From IMG/VR virus record IMGVR_UViG_3300036760_000452, positions 1 to 60,729 of that record: a DNA stretch of 60,729 nucleotides; one strand, given 5' to 3'. Below are positions 58,934 through 60,729 of the stretch, piece by piece. Every line of letters begins with the position of its first letter. The stretch's first letter is position 1. The notes below the pieces were generated by a model. It searched no databases. It was not told where the DNA came from and was given only the letters and a program-made list of their open reading frames with translations. The position numbers and the translations under genes were made by a program. This DNA comes from a virus (taxonomy: Duplodnaviria; Caudoviricetes).

Positions 58934-59405
58934 TCTTCGCCTCCTGCGCAAGCTGCACCTTCGCCATGATCTGCTCCGCGTGCTCGATCTTCTCCGAGAC
59001 CGCGTGGTAGCGCGCCTGCAGGTCCTCGACCGTGCTCGCGAGCATCTCGGACTCTTGGCCGAGCTTCGTGAGCTCGGAACTGGACTCGAACAGAATCACA
59101 CTCGCCTCGTCGATCAGGTTGCCGAGGTCGACGAGCTTCGCTTCGGGCGTCTCGTACGGCTCATCTCCGGAGGGGTCGTACGTCAGCGTGAAGATGTCCG
59201 GCTTGCATGGGTAGAACTCGCCCTTCACGCCGCGGATCACCCAGTCTCCTGGAGTCACCTCCATCGCGCCTTCGGACGTCTGGATCCGCGGCGTGTCGCC
59301 GAAGAAGCTCACCGGCTGCCCTGTGAACTCCACGATCGGCTGCACGTCCCCGCCGGTCCACTGCACGGCCTCGATCACTACCGGCTTCTTCCTGAATTTC
59401 GGCAT
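58926..59405 (-). CDS. Conserved phage protein (PGDYG-like) with coiled-coil tail
   Basis: KFRKKPVVIEAVQWTG..PGDWVIRGVKGEFYPCKPDIF..TY. Confidence 0.75.
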   Translation of the reverse strand: MPKFRKKPVVIEAVQWTGGDVQPIVEFTGQPVSFFGDTPRIQTSEGAMEVTPGDWVIRGVKGEFYPCKPDIFTLTYDPSGDEPYETPEAKLVDLGNLIDEASVILFESSSELTKLGQESEMLASTVEDLQARYHAVSEKIEHAEQIMAKVQLAQEAKNA

Positions 59406-59470
59406 GTCGCGCCTCCTAGGGAGCCGGCGGGAGGGACCGCCAGCTCGAACGAGGTACGAGTCTGGTTGGC

Positions 59471-60721
59471 TTAGTTGACGGCGCAGTAGAAGCGATACCG
59501 CGTCTGCTGACCCTGCTGATATCCCTGGATTCCGAGGATCTCGGCGAAGGCCGTCGCGTTGTTGCAGACTTGCCCGTTGATCGCCCAGAAGTCCTGCGGG
59601 CACTGGCCGTTGTTGGGCAGTCCATTCTGATCGGATGGCGTGAGGTGGTTGTTGTGGCCTGGGTTGCCCTCTGGGTAGAGGTAGTTGAACGTCGTCGTCT
59701 GGATCGAGATGGCCCCGAAGTCGTTCGCAGTGTCGGGAGTCCCGTTGGCCGCGACGTGGCAGAACGTGAGCTCGCAGCGATCGTACCCGGTGGTCGTCAC
59801 CGTGTCCGTCAGCTCCTCGGCCTCGGTGCACGAGTTCTGCGTGTAAGTCTTGACCGTCTTCGTCCTGGACTTCTGGCTGATGCCGTTCACGATCGCACAC
59901 GCCCCGTAGTCAGAGTAGGTCGTCGTCGTGCGAGTTGTGAACGTCGGCTCGCACGGTGGCGGCGTCGGACACGCCACGTTCCGGCAGAGATCGACCACGC
60001 GCTCACCGTCAGCCTGACAGGTGTAGTCGATCGCCCACTTCTGCGTGCCGGTCTGGTGGCAGTTCAGCGCCGGAGCGATGGCATCGATGACAACCGGCAG
60101 CACTTCCTGCTCACACTGGCCATCGAGGGTTTCGTAGTTCCACGAGTAGGCCCCGGGCGTCGTCGGTGTCTCACGCGGCTCGACGCACGGCCTCGCGTTG
60201 CAGGCCGTGCGGATCTCGTCGTTGATCCGCGAAACCCTCTTCCCGTTCTGGTCGTAGTATGCAGCCGCGATCGGCAGGCCTCCGGGCCCATACTGCGTGA
60301 TGTCGAGCTGCAAGCAGCCCCGGTCGAACGTGTCGATGAAGTGGTCACCGTTCTGGATGATCGCGTGTTTCACGTCGCGCGCCAGATCTTGGTTGTCGAA
60401 GTCGGTCCAATAGGCCCAGAACTCCGAAGTGAAACCGTTGTTGTTCGCGACGTCCCATGAGGCGTTGTTTCCGAACGTGACCGTGACGCCACCGCCCTCC
60501 CCTGGAGGCTGCACGACTGTCGGCGTCGACGGCACGGGCGTTGCGACGCTCGCGACCGGCGCTGGAGCCCCGGTCGTTGGATTCGTCGGTCCCGAGACCG
60601 TACCCGTCCCGCCACACCCGCTCGTGTAGAACGCGTACGACACCAGCACGGCACCGAGGACGATCCCCGCCGCCATGCGCCACCTGTCCTGCTTGCGCCT
60701 CCCGATCGTTCGTCTCGTCAT
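59471..60721 (-). CDS. Cys-rich lipoprotein
   Basis: Hydrophobic leader ending YTSG-C, Pro/Thr linker, many Cys. Confidence 0.65.
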   Translation of the reverse strand: MTRRTIGRRKQDRWRMAAGIVLGAVLVSYAFYTSGCGGTGTVSGPTNPTTGAPAPVASVATPVPSTPTVVQPPGEGGGVTVTFGNNASWDVANNNGFTSEFWAYWTDFDNQDLARDVKHAIIQNGDHFIDTFDRGCLQLDITQYGPGGLPIAAAYYDQNGKRVSRINDEIRTACNARPCVEPRETPTTPGAYSWNYETLDGQCEQEVLPVVIDAIAPALNCHQTGTQKWAIDYTCQADGERVVDLCRNVACPTPPPCEPTFTTRTTTTYSDYGACAIVNGISQKSRTKTVKTYTQNSCTEAEELTDTVTTTGYDRCELTFCHVAANGTPDTANDFGAISIQTTTFNYLYPEGNPGHNNHLTPSDQNGLPNNGQCPQDFWAINGQVCNNATAFAEILGIQGYQQGQQTRYRFYCAVN

Positions 60722-60729
60722 GCTACCCC

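Larger units (their letters stand above)
1..60729. mobile_element. Complete tailed dsDNA phage genome (podovirus-like), circular contig
   Basis: Terminase, portal, scaffold, capsid, tail and replication modules present; no host housekeeping flanks; terminal 127-bp overlap; gene 116..628 abuts gene 59471..60721 across the junction with an ATGA overlap. Confidence 0.93.

Noticed and set aside
58926-59405. Specific anti-CBASS/Thoeris sponge assignment
   Set aside because: The family is recognisable as a common phage protein, but I cannot support a named anti-defence function without a structural search
60603-60729. 127-bp terminal direct repeat as the biological phage terminal repeat
   Set aside because: Length equals a standard assembler k-mer and it cuts through a CDS; treated as a circularisation artefact

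Overview
The window is most likely a complete, circularly assembled genome of an uncultured high-GC tailed dsDNA phage. Bases 1-127 repeat at 60603-60729, so the unique length is about 60.6 kb. It has podovirus-like features: no tape measure or sheath gene is recognisable, and there are adaptor/nozzle-like genes, a 2369-aa putative ejected protein and smaller internal proteins. A divergent control region lies at about 10.9-11.4 kb. To its right is a plus-strand arm of small early genes (11.4-22.9 kb) that includes a SpoVG-like protein, a DUF3560-N6-adenine methyltransferase fusion and an HNH nuclease. To its left is a long minus-strand arm: HNH, LAGLIDADG, DHH phosphoesterase, NlpC/P60, RecE/RecT-like and replication genes. 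This arm continues across the junction into RusA, lipoproteins, terminase, portal, GroES, scaffold, capsid, fibre, tail, ejection and membrane genes. I recognised no integrase, repressor, tRNA, CRISPR array or reverse transcriptase. Most notable observations: (1) a 28-bp dif-like XerC/D site flanked by direct repeats in an integrase-less genome; (2) several virion-module proteins with apparent Sec signal peptides; (3) a 14-bp AGCC-nACG-nn-nGCW box in seven sigma70-like promoters, plus a second GTTAC-N5-GTAAC box; (4) small basic proteins sharing a C-terminal AKDAGDALA peptide, a candidate capsid-loading tag; (5) two structured intergenic RNAs. All product calls come from motif recognition by eye; no searches were run.
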